DNA of 64,000 nucleotides. It comes from Candidatus Spongiisociaceae bacterium (GTDB taxonomy: Bacteria > Actinomycetota > Acidimicrobiia > Spongiisociales > Spongiisociaceae). This document shows, one piece after another, positions 47,186 through 57,400 of the stretch (the first letter of the stretch is position 1; each line of letters starts with the position of its first letter). Under the pieces are notes generated by a model that worked only from the letters and a program-made list of their open reading frames with translations, was not told where the DNA came from and made no database searches. The translations under genes and the position numbers were made by a program. The stretch covers positions 3,456,001 to 3,520,000 of the forward strand of contig OZ253564.1 in the NCBI GenBank assembly GCA_965262915.1, in the 5' to 3' direction.

Positions 47186-48820
47186 TCAGCCGGTCTGATC
47201 GATGGCTTGGATGTCGCTCGGGTCGTCCAGCATCTCCCAGCGGAGCAGCGATATGGGGACGTTGCCGTTGCTCCACAGATAGTCGTGGAACCATCGCAGG
47301 CTGAACTCGTCCCCCAGCTTCTTCTTGGCATCGCCCAGAAGGCGGATTATCTCGAGCTTGCCGACCATGTAGGCCATCGCCAGGCCCGGGTTGGACACGT
47401 ACATCGACGTTTCTTCGAGAGCGGTCTGGGGATCGACCGGGACCAACTCCTCGAACATCTTCATCCCCTCCTCGAGGGTGATGGCTCCGGTGGCCAGACT
47501 CACGTCCACCACCGTCCGCAGGCTGCGGAGTCGCTTGAAGTTCTGGGTCACCAACCTCGACCACGGAGCGTCATCGAACAAGCCGGCCTGGAGCATCAAC
47601 GCCTCGTTGTAGTGGGCCAGACCCTCGTTGATGATCGAGTCGTAGTAGCGGCGCCGTAGCGGGTTGGGATTAGCCCACGATAGGGCCAGCTGCTTGTAGT
47701 GGACTCCTTCGTGCATGATGCCCAACCGGGTGTCCCGGGCGTTGGCCTCGTAGAAATAGGACAGGGGCCGGTTGGGATCCCACACATAGGTGACCGCATC
47801 CTCGTCGAGGCGCCCATCGGAGGTCAGGTCGTTGGCCACCCCCAGCCAGTTGATGGGCTGCAGGTACTCCGGCAAGGGCGCGGTGTGGTAGCGACGGAGC
47901 GAATCGGGCTGGGTGAGAAGATTCTCATTCTCGTAGAACTCCCGCACCTCCTGCTCTGCGCGGGCCTGTGACTCGCATTGCGCCTCGGCTGTCGGGAAGC
48001 GGTCCGGCACCGGCGTATCGCCGTAGCGGTTGCGTTCCACCTCCTCCCAGGCGTAGTTGTAGTAGAGCTCGCGCTCGGCCAGCAGAACCATCTCCTCGGG
48101 CTGGAGGGGAAGCAGCGCCACATTCCGGAGGTACCACATAAAGGTGTCGCGCCCTACCGGCTCCGGTGCCGGCATCCCGGCCTGATGCTCACGTAGCCAC
48201 TCCCGGAACGACACCAGTTGCTCGGTAGCCTCGGCGCCGGCCTTGATGAGAGCACTCCGCCGGGCGACGTCAAAGAACCCGCTCAACTCTCCGACCGACC
48301 TGGGCAGGGCAGACTCGATCTCCCTAAGCAGGCGAATGGCCGACCCGGCCAGAGCCGAGGTACCGGCACGCGCCAGGTTGTCCAGCGCGATCTGCAACTG
48401 GGGACCCACCATATTGAGCTTGTGGATGATGCCGTCCTGCCGATCCGTGTCGAACGGCGGTGGCCGAAGTAGCGAGTCGAAATAGGTACCGAGCGCCTGA
48501 TGTACCTGCATGACCGCATCCCGCTCCCAGGAACGCAGAACCCTGGTCTCCCATTCCACACGGGAGATTGCTGAGCCGATCAGCCGGTGGTCAACCTGGA
48601 TCGGAACCGCTTCGCCCGAGACGTCGAGATCCTCCCATCGCTGCCGAAAGTCAGCGACCCGCTCCAGGCGTCGGCGAGCCGAGTCCTCGTCGAACTGAGG
48701 GACCCAGTCGGGCATCAACTCGAGGCGCGGTATATCGTCGGGACTGCGGTAGCCGTTGATGACCCTCCAGTCCCAGAACTCGACCCCCAGGTCCTGCACT
48801 TTCCGGTTCAAATCATCCAT
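47186..48820 (-). CDS. DUF885-family protein (putative metallopeptidase), copy 1
   Basis: HEGVHYKQ, NEGLAHYNE, RSLRTVVDV, PGLAMAYMVGKLEI, FSLRWFHD. Confidence 0.88.
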   Translation of the reverse strand: MDDLNRKVQDLGVEFWDWRVINGYRSPDDIPRLELMPDWVPQFDEDSARRRLERVADFRQRWEDLDVSGEAVPIQVDHRLIGSAISRVEWETRVLRSWERDAVMQVHQALGTYFDSLLRPPPFDTDRQDGIIHKLNMVGPQLQIALDNLARAGTSALAGSAIRLLREIESALPRSVGELSGFFDVARRSALIKAGAEATEQLVSFREWLREHQAGMPAPEPVGRDTFMWYLRNVALLPLQPEEMVLLAERELYYNYAWEEVERNRYGDTPVPDRFPTAEAQCESQARAEQEVREFYENENLLTQPDSLRRYHTAPLPEYLQPINWLGVANDLTSDGRLDEDAVTYVWDPNRPLSYFYEANARDTRLGIMHEGVHYKQLALSWANPNPLRRRYYDSIINEGLAHYNEALMLQAGLFDDAPWSRLVTQNFKRLRSLRTVVDVSLATGAITLEEGMKMFEELVPVDPQTALEETSMYVSNPGLAMAYMVGKLEIIRLLGDAKKKLGDEFSLRWFHDYLWSNGNVPISLLRWEMLDDPSDIQAIDQTG

Positions 48821-48834
48821 GTGGAATCCTCTCG

Positions 48835-49254
48835 CTAGTCCGACCACGGATTGACAACACCGATACCGCATCCCTCGAAACCACCGGTATCCCGCGTGGC
48901 CACCGAGGCGCCTACCGAACGCGCGATCGCAGCTATCTGGCAGTCAGCCCGGCTGATGGGACGGCCCGCAGCGCGTCGTGCGGCGGCTATCAGAGCGTAT
49001 GCGCGGGCGGCATCACTGTCGAAGGGGAGGATACGCCCTGCAAAGTCCTCTCTCAGAAGCCCTTCAACCGCATCCCGGAGCTTCATCCGCCGAGACCCTT
49101 CCGGCAGGACTTCAACCCCATACCTCAACTCGGCTTCGGTGATGCTCGACAGATAGAGCCGGAAGGCCGCCCGTCTGCCAACCCAATCAACCACTCGGGC
49201 TGCAGGATGCGGGCGCATCAACTCCGAAACGACGTTGGTATCCAGGACGATCAT
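48835..49254 (-). CDS. vapC: VapC/FitB PIN-domain toxin
   Basis: MIVLDTNVVSE, ITEAEL, ADCQIAAIA, ATRD, NPW. Confidence 0.93.
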   Translation of the reverse strand: MIVLDTNVVSELMRPHPAARVVDWVGRRAAFRLYLSSITEAELRYGVEVLPEGSRRMKLRDAVEGLLREDFAGRILPFDSDAARAYALIAAARRAAGRPISRADCQIAAIARSVGASVATRDTGGFEGCGIGVVNPWSD

Positions 49255-49508
49255 CGACCGCCATCGTCGAAGTCGGGTGGCTCCCTCATGGGTTCGCGCG
49301 GAGGCAGTTCCAACTCGACACCACCCAGGGGCGCAAACCGGCTCCGGATGGCCCGAACGAGATCCTTGCCGCTTGATGGCTCCGCGTGAAGCGCTGCTCT
49401 CAGGATGTCCCTAGCCTCCTGCTCCATAGATTTGCCGTTCTCGGCTGCCCGGATGCGCAGCCGACGTTTCAGTCCTTCTTCCAGGTTCCGCACTGTGATG
49501 CTTGCCAT
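49251..49508 (-). CDS. FitA/StbC-like ribbon-helix-helix antitoxin
   Basis: MASITVRNL..RLRIRAAENGKSMEQEARDIL; ATGA overlap with vapC. Confidence 0.9.
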   Translation of the reverse strand: MASITVRNLEEGLKRRLRIRAAENGKSMEQEARDILRAALHAEPSSGKDLVRAIRSRFAPLGGVELELPPREPMREPPDFDDGGR

Positions 49509-49545
49509 GACCCGCTCCTGCCTGCAACTACACAGGACTTAGCCG

Positions 49546-49562
49546 TGATTGCATTGCAATCA
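49546..49562. promoter_or_regulatory. Palindromic operator for the antitoxin-toxin operon
   Basis: TGATTGC-ATT-GCAATCA, 37 nt upstream of the antitoxin start. Confidence 0.6.
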
Positions 49563-49668
49563 TAGTCGACTGTGGTCAATCGGTTTGAGGCTGGACAGAA
49601 ACGAGGAGAATCAGTGTGGTAGGAGGGAGATCCGTTCATGGACCCCGCTGTCGGGTCCGGTAAACGGG

Positions 49669-51318
49669 TCAGATGACCATCTCGAGGCGGCGGTCCCGTT
49701 CACGATCGGCGTGAGCACGCTCGGCCGGGTCACCCCAGCCACCGCCCCCGCCGGTCTTGACCAGGAGCCGCGTTCCGGCCTCGACCTTGAGATTGTTGGC
49801 CTTGAGCATACGGGTTGGAGCCTGCCCTGGCCGGTGCACCCATACCTCGGGCGGTGCGCCGTCCTCACCGCCGAAGAGACCCCACGACGGCTGCTTCGAC
49901 CTCTCGAACCATAGATTGACGGTGCAGGGAGCGAGGAGTTCGTACTCTCGGATGATCCCGAGCCCACCGCGCCACTGGCCGTCGCCTCCGGATCCGTCCC
50001 GCAGGGTGTGGCGGTGCATCATCAACGGATACCGATTTTCCATCGTCTCGATCGGAAAGTTCTTGAAATCGCCTGCGGCCGAGTGGATTAGGGCGGACTC
50101 ACCGTCCCCTCCCTCGTAGGCGCCCCAACCACCGGTCAGCGATTCCCCGGACAGGAACAGACCGAACTCGTTCTCGCCAACAATGCTGACATTCCACGAA
50201 TCCCCTACATGGCCCGCGGCGGCCCGCTCGGGAATCGCCTCGCTCAAAGCCTTGATCATGAGATCGAGCGCCAGCATCAGATGGGGCCCGTAGTGGAGGC
50301 ACGGCGCGGTCGCCTTCGGGTTGAAGCAGGTGCCCTCGGGAGCGATAACCCGCAGGTTGCGGAAGTTGCCACCCGATACAGGCGCTCGGGGGTTGACGAG
50401 GAACTTGAAACCCTGCTCGATAGCCGAGCGGGTCTGCACCACCCCACTGTTGATGCTGCCCACACACTGCTTGTTGGAGCCTGTCAGGTCGACGGTCATG
50501 CTGTCGCCCGACACGGTGAGCGTGACCTTTACGTAGACGGGTTCCTCGGTGACACCATCGTTGTCGAGATAACCGTCCGCTACGTAGATTCCATCCGGGA
50601 TCTGCGCCACCGAAGCACGGTCCTCGACCTCTGCCTGGTCGAACACCATCTGGACGGAGGTCTCGACCTGATCCCACCCGAAACGATGCACTATCGAGCG
50701 GAACCTCTCCACCCCGGTCCGGCAGGCACTGATCTCGGCCATCAGGTCACCGACCAGCGCGGTAGGAAACCGGGAGTTCAGTGCGATCAGGTCCACGATC
50801 TGCTGGTCAAGGCGGCCGTCCCGGAAGATACATGTGGGTCCTATCCGCAGACCCTCCTGGAAGATGTCGACGGTGTCCCCCACATAGCCGGCCCGAATTG
50901 CGCCTATATCGCTCCAGTGGGCCTTCGCCGCCGCGAAACCCCGGAGTGCACCGTCGACGAAGACAGGAGCGAAGACCGTAACGTCGTTCAGGTGGCTACC
51001 GGCGATGGTCGAGTCGTTGACTATCCAGATATCCCCTTCCCGGAAAGCCTCGTATCCCTTAATCCCGATCACGGCTCGAAGCGTCCCACCCAGGCTCCCC
51101 AGAAAGAAAGGAAGGCCGGGCGCTTGGCCGAGCAGGCGACCCTGCGAGTCGAATATCCCCACCGAACAGTCCTTCATCTCGTAGATGACCGGGCTATGAG
51201 CACTCCGATACAGGTTTCTCCGCATCTGCTCCGCCCCGGAGATGAACGCGTTCCGCACCACCTCGACCGTCGCCGGCGACGGCACAGACAGGTCCGGTGT
51301 TCTGATTGCAGGACTCAT
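49669..51318 (-). CDS. Hydantoinase B / oxoprolinase-family subunit, copy 1
   Basis: SPVIYEMKDCS, GSHLNDV, HWSDIG, FQEGLRI, DLTGS, PIETME, GQWRGGLG, TGGGGGWGDP. Confidence 0.93.
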   Translation of the reverse strand: MSPAIRTPDLSVPSPATVEVVRNAFISGAEQMRRNLYRSAHSPVIYEMKDCSVGIFDSQGRLLGQAPGLPFFLGSLGGTLRAVIGIKGYEAFREGDIWIVNDSTIAGSHLNDVTVFAPVFVDGALRGFAAAKAHWSDIGAIRAGYVGDTVDIFQEGLRIGPTCIFRDGRLDQQIVDLIALNSRFPTALVGDLMAEISACRTGVERFRSIVHRFGWDQVETSVQMVFDQAEVEDRASVAQIPDGIYVADGYLDNDGVTEEPVYVKVTLTVSGDSMTVDLTGSNKQCVGSINSGVVQTRSAIEQGFKFLVNPRAPVSGGNFRNLRVIAPEGTCFNPKATAPCLHYGPHLMLALDLMIKALSEAIPERAAAGHVGDSWNVSIVGENEFGLFLSGESLTGGWGAYEGGDGESALIHSAAGDFKNFPIETMENRYPLMMHRHTLRDGSGGDGQWRGGLGIIREYELLAPCTVNLWFERSKQPSWGLFGGEDGAPPEVWVHRPGQAPTRMLKANNLKVEAGTRLLVKTGGGGGWGDPAERAHADRERDRRLEMVI

Positions 51319-51320
51319 TG

Positions 51321-51577
51321 TCAGCTACTTCCCCTCCATCCATCACCAGAAGGCCCTGAGCACCTACTAATAATTCCCAGCCGAGGCAACACCGTGGTGG
51401 TCGACGATACGATTACGATCCCCGGACCCACCAGCGGACCTTCGAGCCGGTTCCGGCCGGCGAATCGGGACCTCCAGGGCCAGGCCAAGGAACACCACCT
51501 CCGTTCGTCCACCGGGAGAACCGAATCCGGCCTAACCAGGGGAATGGGCTTTCGGTATTGGAGGTCGCACATCTCGC
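51321..51577 (-). pseudogene. Internally deleted, frameshifted hydantoinase A relic
   Basis: EMCDLQYRKPIPLV..VDER joined to RNRLEGPLVGPGIV..STTTVLP and GWELLVG..LVM, matching distant parts of the intact A gene. Confidence 0.8.
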
Positions 51578-51632
51578 CCCTGGTGGCTAGCGGTGGGTCC
51601 ACCAACGTACAATCGCAGCTATCCGACAGTCA
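51578..51632 (-). pseudogene. vapC internal fragment fused to the end of hydantoinase B copy 2
   Basis: GACTGTCGGATAGCTGCGATTGTACGTT resembles GACTGCCAGATAGCTGCGATCGCGCGTT in the intact vapC. Confidence 0.7.
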
Positions 51633-53279
51633 GATGACCATTTCGAGGCGGCGGTCCCGCTCGCGGTCCTTGGCAACACGCTCCGCCGGGTCTCCCCAGC
51701 CGCCTCCGCCGCCGGTCTTGACCAGGAGCTTCGTTCCGGCCTCCACCTTGAGATTGTTGGCCTTCAGCATGTGGATTCCCGGCTGCCCGGGGCGGTAGAC
51801 CCACACCTCGGGCGGCTTCCCGTCGTTGCCTCCGAACAGACCCCACGAAGGTTGGTTGGCCCGCTCGAACCACAATTGGACCGTGACCGGCGCCAGAATC
51901 TCGTACTCCCTGATGATTCCCAGCCCGCCTCGCCACTTGCCGTCTCCGGCTGACCCGTCGCGCAGGCTGTGGCGGCGCATGATCAGCGGGTAGCGGTGTT
52001 CCATGGTCTCGATGGGGAAGTTCTTGAAGTCGCCGGCGGCGGAGTGGATCAGGGCGGACTCGCCGTCTCCCCCTTCGTAGGCGCCCCATCCTCCTGTCAA
52101 GGCCTCCCCTGACAGAAAGAGACCGTACTCGTCCTCTCCCACGATTATGACGTTCCACGAGTCGCCCACGTGTCCGGCGGCGGCCCTCTCGGGGATCGCC
52201 GGGCTCAGAGCCTTGATCATGAGGTCGAGGGCCAGCATCAGGTGGGGCCCGTAGTGGAGGCACGGCGCGGTCGCCTTCGGGTTGAAGCACGTGCCCTTGG
52301 GGGCTATCACCTCGAGGTTGCGGAAGTTGCCTCCCGACACCGGAGCGTGAGGGTTTACCAGGAACTTGAAACCCTGCTCGATACCGGAGCGGGTCTGGAC
52401 CACACCGCTGTTGACGCTGCCCACGCACTGGCGGTTGGACCCCGTGAGGTCGACAGTCATGCTGTCGCCCGACACGGTGACCGTCACCTTGACGTAGACA
52501 GGGTCCTCGGTGACGCCGTCGTTGTCGAGGTAGCCATCAGCCACGTAGACACCGTCCGGAATCTCCTCGACCGAGGCGCGATCCTCGGCCTCGGCCTGAT
52601 CGAACACCAGTTGGATGGACTTCTGTACCTGGTCCCAACCGAAACGGCGCACGATCGAGCGGAACCTCTCGACTCCGGTCCGGCAGGCACTGATCTCGGC
52701 CATCAGGTCACCCACCAGCGCGGTCGGGAACCGGGAATTGAGCGCGATCAGATCCACGATCTGCTGGTCGAGGCGGCCGGCCCTGAAAATGCACGTTGGT
52801 CCGATTCGCAGACCCTCCTGGAAGATGTCCACCGTGTCACCGACGTAGCCTGCTTCCTTGGCGCCGATATCGTTCCAGTGCGCCTTGGCAGCCGAGAATC
52901 CTCTCAATACACCGTCGACGAAGATCGGGGCGAACACGGTCACGTCGTTGAGGTGGCTACCGGCGATGCTCGAGTCGTTGACTATCCAGATATCCCCTTC
53001 CCGGAAAGCCTCGTATCCCTTGATCTTGATGACGGCTCGAAGGGTTCCGCCCAAGCTACCCAGGAAGAAGGGGAGGCCGGGAGCTTGGCCGAGCAGGCGG
53101 CCGCCCGCGTCGAAAATCCCCACCGAGCAGTCCTTCATCTCGTAGATGACCGGGCTGTGAGCGCTCCGGTACAGGTTCCTCCGCATCTGCTCGGCCCCGG
53201 ATATGAACGCGTTCCGCACCACCTCGACCGTGGCCGGCGACGGCATGGAAGATTCAGCAACTCGCGTAGCGGCGCTCAT
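51630..53279 (-). CDS. Hydantoinase B / oxoprolinase-family subunit, copy 2
   Basis: Same motifs as copy 1, 549 aa; ATGA overlap with the A subunit. Confidence 0.93.
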   Translation of the reverse strand: MSAATRVAESSMPSPATVEVVRNAFISGAEQMRRNLYRSAHSPVIYEMKDCSVGIFDAGGRLLGQAPGLPFFLGSLGGTLRAVIKIKGYEAFREGDIWIVNDSSIAGSHLNDVTVFAPIFVDGVLRGFSAAKAHWNDIGAKEAGYVGDTVDIFQEGLRIGPTCIFRAGRLDQQIVDLIALNSRFPTALVGDLMAEISACRTGVERFRSIVRRFGWDQVQKSIQLVFDQAEAEDRASVEEIPDGVYVADGYLDNDGVTEDPVYVKVTVTVSGDSMTVDLTGSNRQCVGSVNSGVVQTRSGIEQGFKFLVNPHAPVSGGNFRNLEVIAPKGTCFNPKATAPCLHYGPHLMLALDLMIKALSPAIPERAAAGHVGDSWNVIIVGEDEYGLFLSGEALTGGWGAYEGGDGESALIHSAAGDFKNFPIETMEHRYPLIMRRHSLRDGSAGDGKWRGGLGIIREYEILAPVTVQLWFERANQPSWGLFGGNDGKPPEVWVYRPGQPGIHMLKANNLKVEAGTKLLVKTGGGGGWGDPAERVAKDRERDRRLEMVI

Positions 53280-55282
53280 GATCCCGACCCCGTCCTTTCC
53301 ATAACCAGGTGATCTTGGGGACCCACCCATAGCTCCCAGCCAGGAGGTACGACCGTGGTGGCCGACGGCTCCATGACGATCGCCGGCCCCACCAGGCGGC
53401 CGGCCAGCTGGTTCCGGGTCACGACCGGAACCTCGATAGCACGACCATCGAAAATAACTTCCTCACGAACCTCTACCGCCTCGCCGTTTCCGCCCGCTCT
53501 ACTCCCTCCCGGACCGCGTTCGAACTCGAGTATCCCCGTGAGGCGGATCGCCACCATCTCGATCGGCGCTTCGGGATTGCAGTGCCCGTACCGTTCCTCG
53601 TATCGGCTGTGGAAGCTCGCCTTGAACTCATCCTCGGCGGCCGTACCCGGCAGCGGGACGGGCAGCGAGTACTCCTGGCCGACGTAGCGGAGCTCGATGA
53701 CGGTCTCGAACCGCATCTGGGCCCTGGTCTCGTCGTCGACCTTCATCTCCCGGCACACCCTGTCCTTCAGCCGGGTGATCGGCTCGTGAAGGTCCAGGAT
53801 GGGCTGGTCGAGCCTCCGGTAGAAAGTGGACACGGCGGCGTGCCGGACATCCCCTTGCAACATGCCCCACGCCGAGAAAACACCGGGATCCCAGGGGATG
53901 ATCACCCGCTCCACCTCGAGTTCCTCGGCCAGGAACGCGGCGTGCAACGGGCCGGCCCCACCGAAGGCAACGATCGCGAAGTCCCGTGGATGCAGGCCCC
54001 GTTCCACCGTGAGTTCCCGAATCGCCTCGGCCATCACGAAGTGCGTGACATCGAGGGCTTGTTCGGCCAATTCGACCGCCGTCAGATCGAAGAACTCCGC
54101 GACCGCCTCCAACGCGTCCTCAGCCGCTTGGCGGTCCAGCGTGAGCGCGCCCGCCAGCTTCTGGGCTTTCGGTAGGCGTCCCAGAACGACATTGGCGTCG
54201 GAAACCGTCGGTTGCGTGCCACCCCGCCCGTAGCTGGCCGGTCCGGGCGCCGAGCCGGCCGACTCGGGTCCGACGCGAAGACCGCCGTGCCTCTCGTGGA
54301 TGATGCTGCCGCCGCCGGCACCGATGCTCACCAGCTCCACCGCCGGCGCCAATATCGGAAGACCCTGGAGTTCGAACTCGGACTGCATCCCGACCTGACC
54401 CCCACGCACGATCGAGACATCGAAAGAGGTGCCCCCCATGTCGATGCAGATCAGATCCGGTTGGTCCATCTGACGGCCGACCTCCCGGCCGCCTATCACT
54501 CCCCCGACCGGACCGGAATACAAGGTCAAGACCGCTCGGTCGGCGGCCGAGTCGGCTATCATCGCTCCGCCGTTGGACTGGGTGATGTGCAACTCGGCCG
54601 TCAGGCCCCTGTCCGTGAGCGCAGTCGCGAGCCGCCGGAGGTAGCTCCGCACCCGAGGAGTGATATAGACCGAGGTCACTGTGGTGGAGGTCCGCTCGTA
54701 CTCCCGCCACTCCGGGGCCACATCGTGGCTCATGATGATCGGAATATCCGGAAGCAGATCCTTCAGCAACTCCTTCACCTCAAGCTCATGAAGTGGGTCC
54801 ACATACGAATGGATCAGCGACACCGCAACCGCTTCGTACTCGCCTTCGACGATGGCCTTGGCGGCCACCTCGACCGAGTTGGTATCCAACGGAGTGAGAA
54901 CCTCGCCGGAGGCAGAGATCCGCTCGTCTACCTCGAATATGGAATCCCGCTCGGTGAGGGGGGCGGGTTTGCGATACTTCAGGTCGTACATCTCGGGACG
55001 GTGCCCACGACCGATCAGGTAGGCGTCCCGATACCCCCGGGTTGTGACGAGGGCCACGCGCCCTCCAGACCGTTCCAAAAAGGTGTTGAGCCCTACGGTC
55101 GTTCCGTGAATGAAAAGGTCCACATCGGCTAGGTCGGCACCCGCCTGCTCGACCGCGTTCAGTACACCTTCGACCAGATCTTCAGGAGTGCTCAGAACCT
55201 TGGAGACCTCGGTTCCGGACTCCGACTCCACCACCAGATCCGTGAAGGTGCCACCGATGTCAACCGCAATCCTTGTTCCCAT
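53276..55282 (-). CDS. Hydantoinase A / oxoprolinase-family ATP-binding subunit
   Basis: VDIGGTFTD, HGTT, REYERTST, SGPVGG, DMGGTSFD, IGAGGGS, GPESAG, FGGAGPLH. Confidence 0.95.
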   Translation of the reverse strand: MGTRIAVDIGGTFTDLVVESESGTEVSKVLSTPEDLVEGVLNAVEQAGADLADVDLFIHGTTVGLNTFLERSGGRVALVTTRGYRDAYLIGRGHRPEMYDLKYRKPAPLTERDSIFEVDERISASGEVLTPLDTNSVEVAAKAIVEGEYEAVAVSLIHSYVDPLHELEVKELLKDLLPDIPIIMSHDVAPEWREYERTSTTVTSVYITPRVRSYLRRLATALTDRGLTAELHITQSNGGAMIADSAADRAVLTLYSGPVGGVIGGREVGRQMDQPDLICIDMGGTSFDVSIVRGGQVGMQSEFELQGLPILAPAVELVSIGAGGGSIIHERHGGLRVGPESAGSAPGPASYGRGGTQPTVSDANVVLGRLPKAQKLAGALTLDRQAAEDALEAVAEFFDLTAVELAEQALDVTHFVMAEAIRELTVERGLHPRDFAIVAFGGAGPLHAAFLAEELEVERVIIPWDPGVFSAWGMLQGDVRHAAVSTFYRRLDQPILDLHEPITRLKDRVCREMKVDDETRAQMRFETVIELRYVGQEYSLPVPLPGTAAEDEFKASFHSRYEERYGHCNPEAPIEMVAIRLTGILEFERGPGGSRAGGNGEAVEVREEVIFDGRAIEVPVVTRNQLAGRLVGPAIVMEPSATTVVPPGWELWVGPQDHLVMERTGSGS

Positions 55283-55327
55283 TACGTTCTGTTCCCTTCA
55301 TCTGTATGGCGCGACCGCCAGAATACC

Positions 55328-55383
55328 AGTTGCCTCTTGGCCGTGGCCGGGTGCCGGTTGGCAGTTACCGGTTCTCGGGTGAC
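55328..55383. repeat. Degenerate heptamer-period repeat
   Basis: Units such as CGGGTGC CGGTTGG CAGTTAC CGGTTCT CGGGTGA upstream of the A gene. Confidence 0.5.
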
Positions 55384-55449
55384 GGCAGTAGGCGACCCGG
55401 TGCCCGCGTGCAGTGGTCCTGTGGCGACTTGGAGGTTGCCGGTTTGCTG

Positions 55450-55632
55450 TCAGGTCCGTGTGACGATGGCCACGACAATTGCGAACGCGGCGATCACTAC
55501 CCCGAGACCGGTGAGTGCGGTGGCGATGAGCCAACGGGAGGACCTGAGGATTTCCTGCTGGGTAACAGCGTGGGCGCGGGCGAAGGCTACTTCGGCCTTG
55601 GCGTCGACATAGCGTTCCGTAGCAACCGCCAT
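55450..55632 (-). CDS. Small protein with C-terminal TM helix (DUF1640-like layout)
   Basis: 60 aa, GGGAGA RBS, RWLIATALTGLGVVIAAFAIVVAIV. Confidence 0.6.
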   Translation of the reverse strand: MAVATERYVDAKAEVAFARAHAVTQQEILRSSRWLIATALTGLGVVIAAFAIVVAIVTRT

Positions 55633-55716
55633 CGCTATCTCCCGTTTCCCTAGGTACTGTCCAATAAGGCTACTAAAACGCTGCTTACGTTGTAAGAGTG
55701 TGGACAGTACCTACCA

Positions 55717-55742
55717 CTGACACCTGACACCTGGCACCTGGC
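55717..55742. repeat. Heptamer tandem repeat CTG(A/G)CAC, about 3.7 units
   Basis: CTGACAC CTGACAC CTGGCAC CTGGC, directly after DUF885 copy 2 stop. Confidence 0.85.
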
Positions 55743-55744
55743 CG

Positions 55745-57379
55745 TCAGCCAGCCTGGTCGATGGCCTGGATATCGCTCGGGTCGTCCAGCATCTCCCAGC
55801 GCAGCAGGGAGTGAGGTACGTTGCCGTTGGCCCAGAGGTAGTCGTGGAACCAGCGAAGGCTGAACTCACCGCCCAGCATGCGCCTTGCGTCACCCAGAAG
55901 ACGGATTACCTCCAGCTTGCCGACCATGTAGCTCATGGCCAGGCCGGGACCGGCCAGGTACATCGAAGTCTCCTCCAGGGCGGTCTGGTAGTCGATGGGG
56001 ATCAGGTCCATGAACGTCCTCATGCCTTCTTCCAGCGTCATGGCACCCGTCGCGAGGCTCACATCCACCACCGAGCGGAGGCTCCGTAGGCGCTTGAAGT
56101 TCTGGATCACCAGCCGCGACCACGGAGCATCGTCGAACAATCCGGCCTGGAGCATGAGCGACTCGTTGTAATGGGCGAGGCCTTCATTGGCGGTCGAGTC
56201 GTAGTACCGGCGCCGGATAGGGTTCGAATGCGCCCATGAGAGGGCCAGCTGCTTGTAATGAGCCCCTTCGTGGATAATCCCGAGACGGGGATCGTGAGCG
56301 ATCACGACGAAGAAGTACGGAAGAGGACCGGCCGGATCCCACACATAGGCGAGCGCGTCCTCGTCCAGCCGTCGATCCGAGGTCAGATCGTTGGCACAAC
56401 CCAACCAGGTGAGGGGCTGGACGTAGGGAGGCAACGGCGCCATGTGGTACCGGCGAAGCGAGTCCGGCTGGGTCAGTAGGTTCTGGTCCTCGTAGAACTC
56501 CCGGACCTCCAATTCCGAACGTATCTCGTGGGCAACCTGCGCTTCCGCCGACTCGAAGGCGGGCGGCCTCGCATGCTCCGAGCCTCGGTTCCTCTCGACC
56601 TCCTCCCAGGCATAGTTCCGGTAGATCTCCCGGTTGGCGAGAAGGATGATCTCCTCCGGGGACAGGGCGAGCAGGGCCACGTTTCGCAGGAACCACAGGA
56701 ACTTCTTCCGGCCGACCGGCTCATGTTCGGGCATCTCGTCTTGGCGGGCACGCAGCCACTCCCGGAAACCGACTACCTCTCTCGTAGCTTCTGCGCCCGC
56801 CTCCGCGAGGGGCCCCCGGCGACCTTTGTCGAAGAGGGGACTCAGCTCGCTCATGGACCGGGGTAAGGCTTCGTCGATGTCTCCCAGCAACCGCACCGCG
56901 GTGCCCGCGAGAGCCGACGTGCCGGCGCGGGCGAGGTTCTCCCTTGCCACCTCGAGTTGCGGACCTACCTGGTGAAGCTGGTAGATCACTCCGTCCTGCC
57001 GGTCCGTGTCGAACGGCGCCGCCGGAACCATCAGGTCGTAGACCGGCCCCAGAGCCTGATGCACCTGCATCACCGCGTCCCGCTCCCAGTTGCGCAGGAT
57101 GGCCACCTCCCACTCAACCCGGGATATAGCCGAGCCGACCAGCCGGTAATCGACCTGGTTCGGAACCGAATCGTCCTTTACGTCGATGGCCTCCCACCGC
57201 CGCCTGAACTCCGTGGCACGGTCGAGACGGCGCCGGGCCGAATTCCGATCGAACTCGGGGACCCAATCCGGAGGATGCTCCACTCTGGGAACATCGTCCG
57301 GACTCCGGTAGGAACTGGGAATGCGCCACTCCCAGAACTCCCGGCCCAGGTCCTGTACTTCCCGGTTCAGGTTATCCAT
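55745..57379 (-). CDS. DUF885-family protein, copy 2
   Basis: Clear paralogue of 47186-48820 (HEGAHYKQ, NEGLAHYNE); same length. Confidence 0.88.
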   Translation of the reverse strand: MDNLNREVQDLGREFWEWRIPSSYRSPDDVPRVEHPPDWVPEFDRNSARRRLDRATEFRRRWEAIDVKDDSVPNQVDYRLVGSAISRVEWEVAILRNWERDAVMQVHQALGPVYDLMVPAAPFDTDRQDGVIYQLHQVGPQLEVARENLARAGTSALAGTAVRLLGDIDEALPRSMSELSPLFDKGRRGPLAEAGAEATREVVGFREWLRARQDEMPEHEPVGRKKFLWFLRNVALLALSPEEIILLANREIYRNYAWEEVERNRGSEHARPPAFESAEAQVAHEIRSELEVREFYEDQNLLTQPDSLRRYHMAPLPPYVQPLTWLGCANDLTSDRRLDEDALAYVWDPAGPLPYFFVVIAHDPRLGIIHEGAHYKQLALSWAHSNPIRRRYYDSTANEGLAHYNESLMLQAGLFDDAPWSRLVIQNFKRLRSLRSVVDVSLATGAMTLEEGMRTFMDLIPIDYQTALEETSMYLAGPGLAMSYMVGKLEVIRLLGDARRMLGGEFSLRWFHDYLWANGNVPHSLLRWEMLDDPSDIQAIDQAG

Positions 57380-57400
57380 GCCGAGTCCTCCCACTCATTG

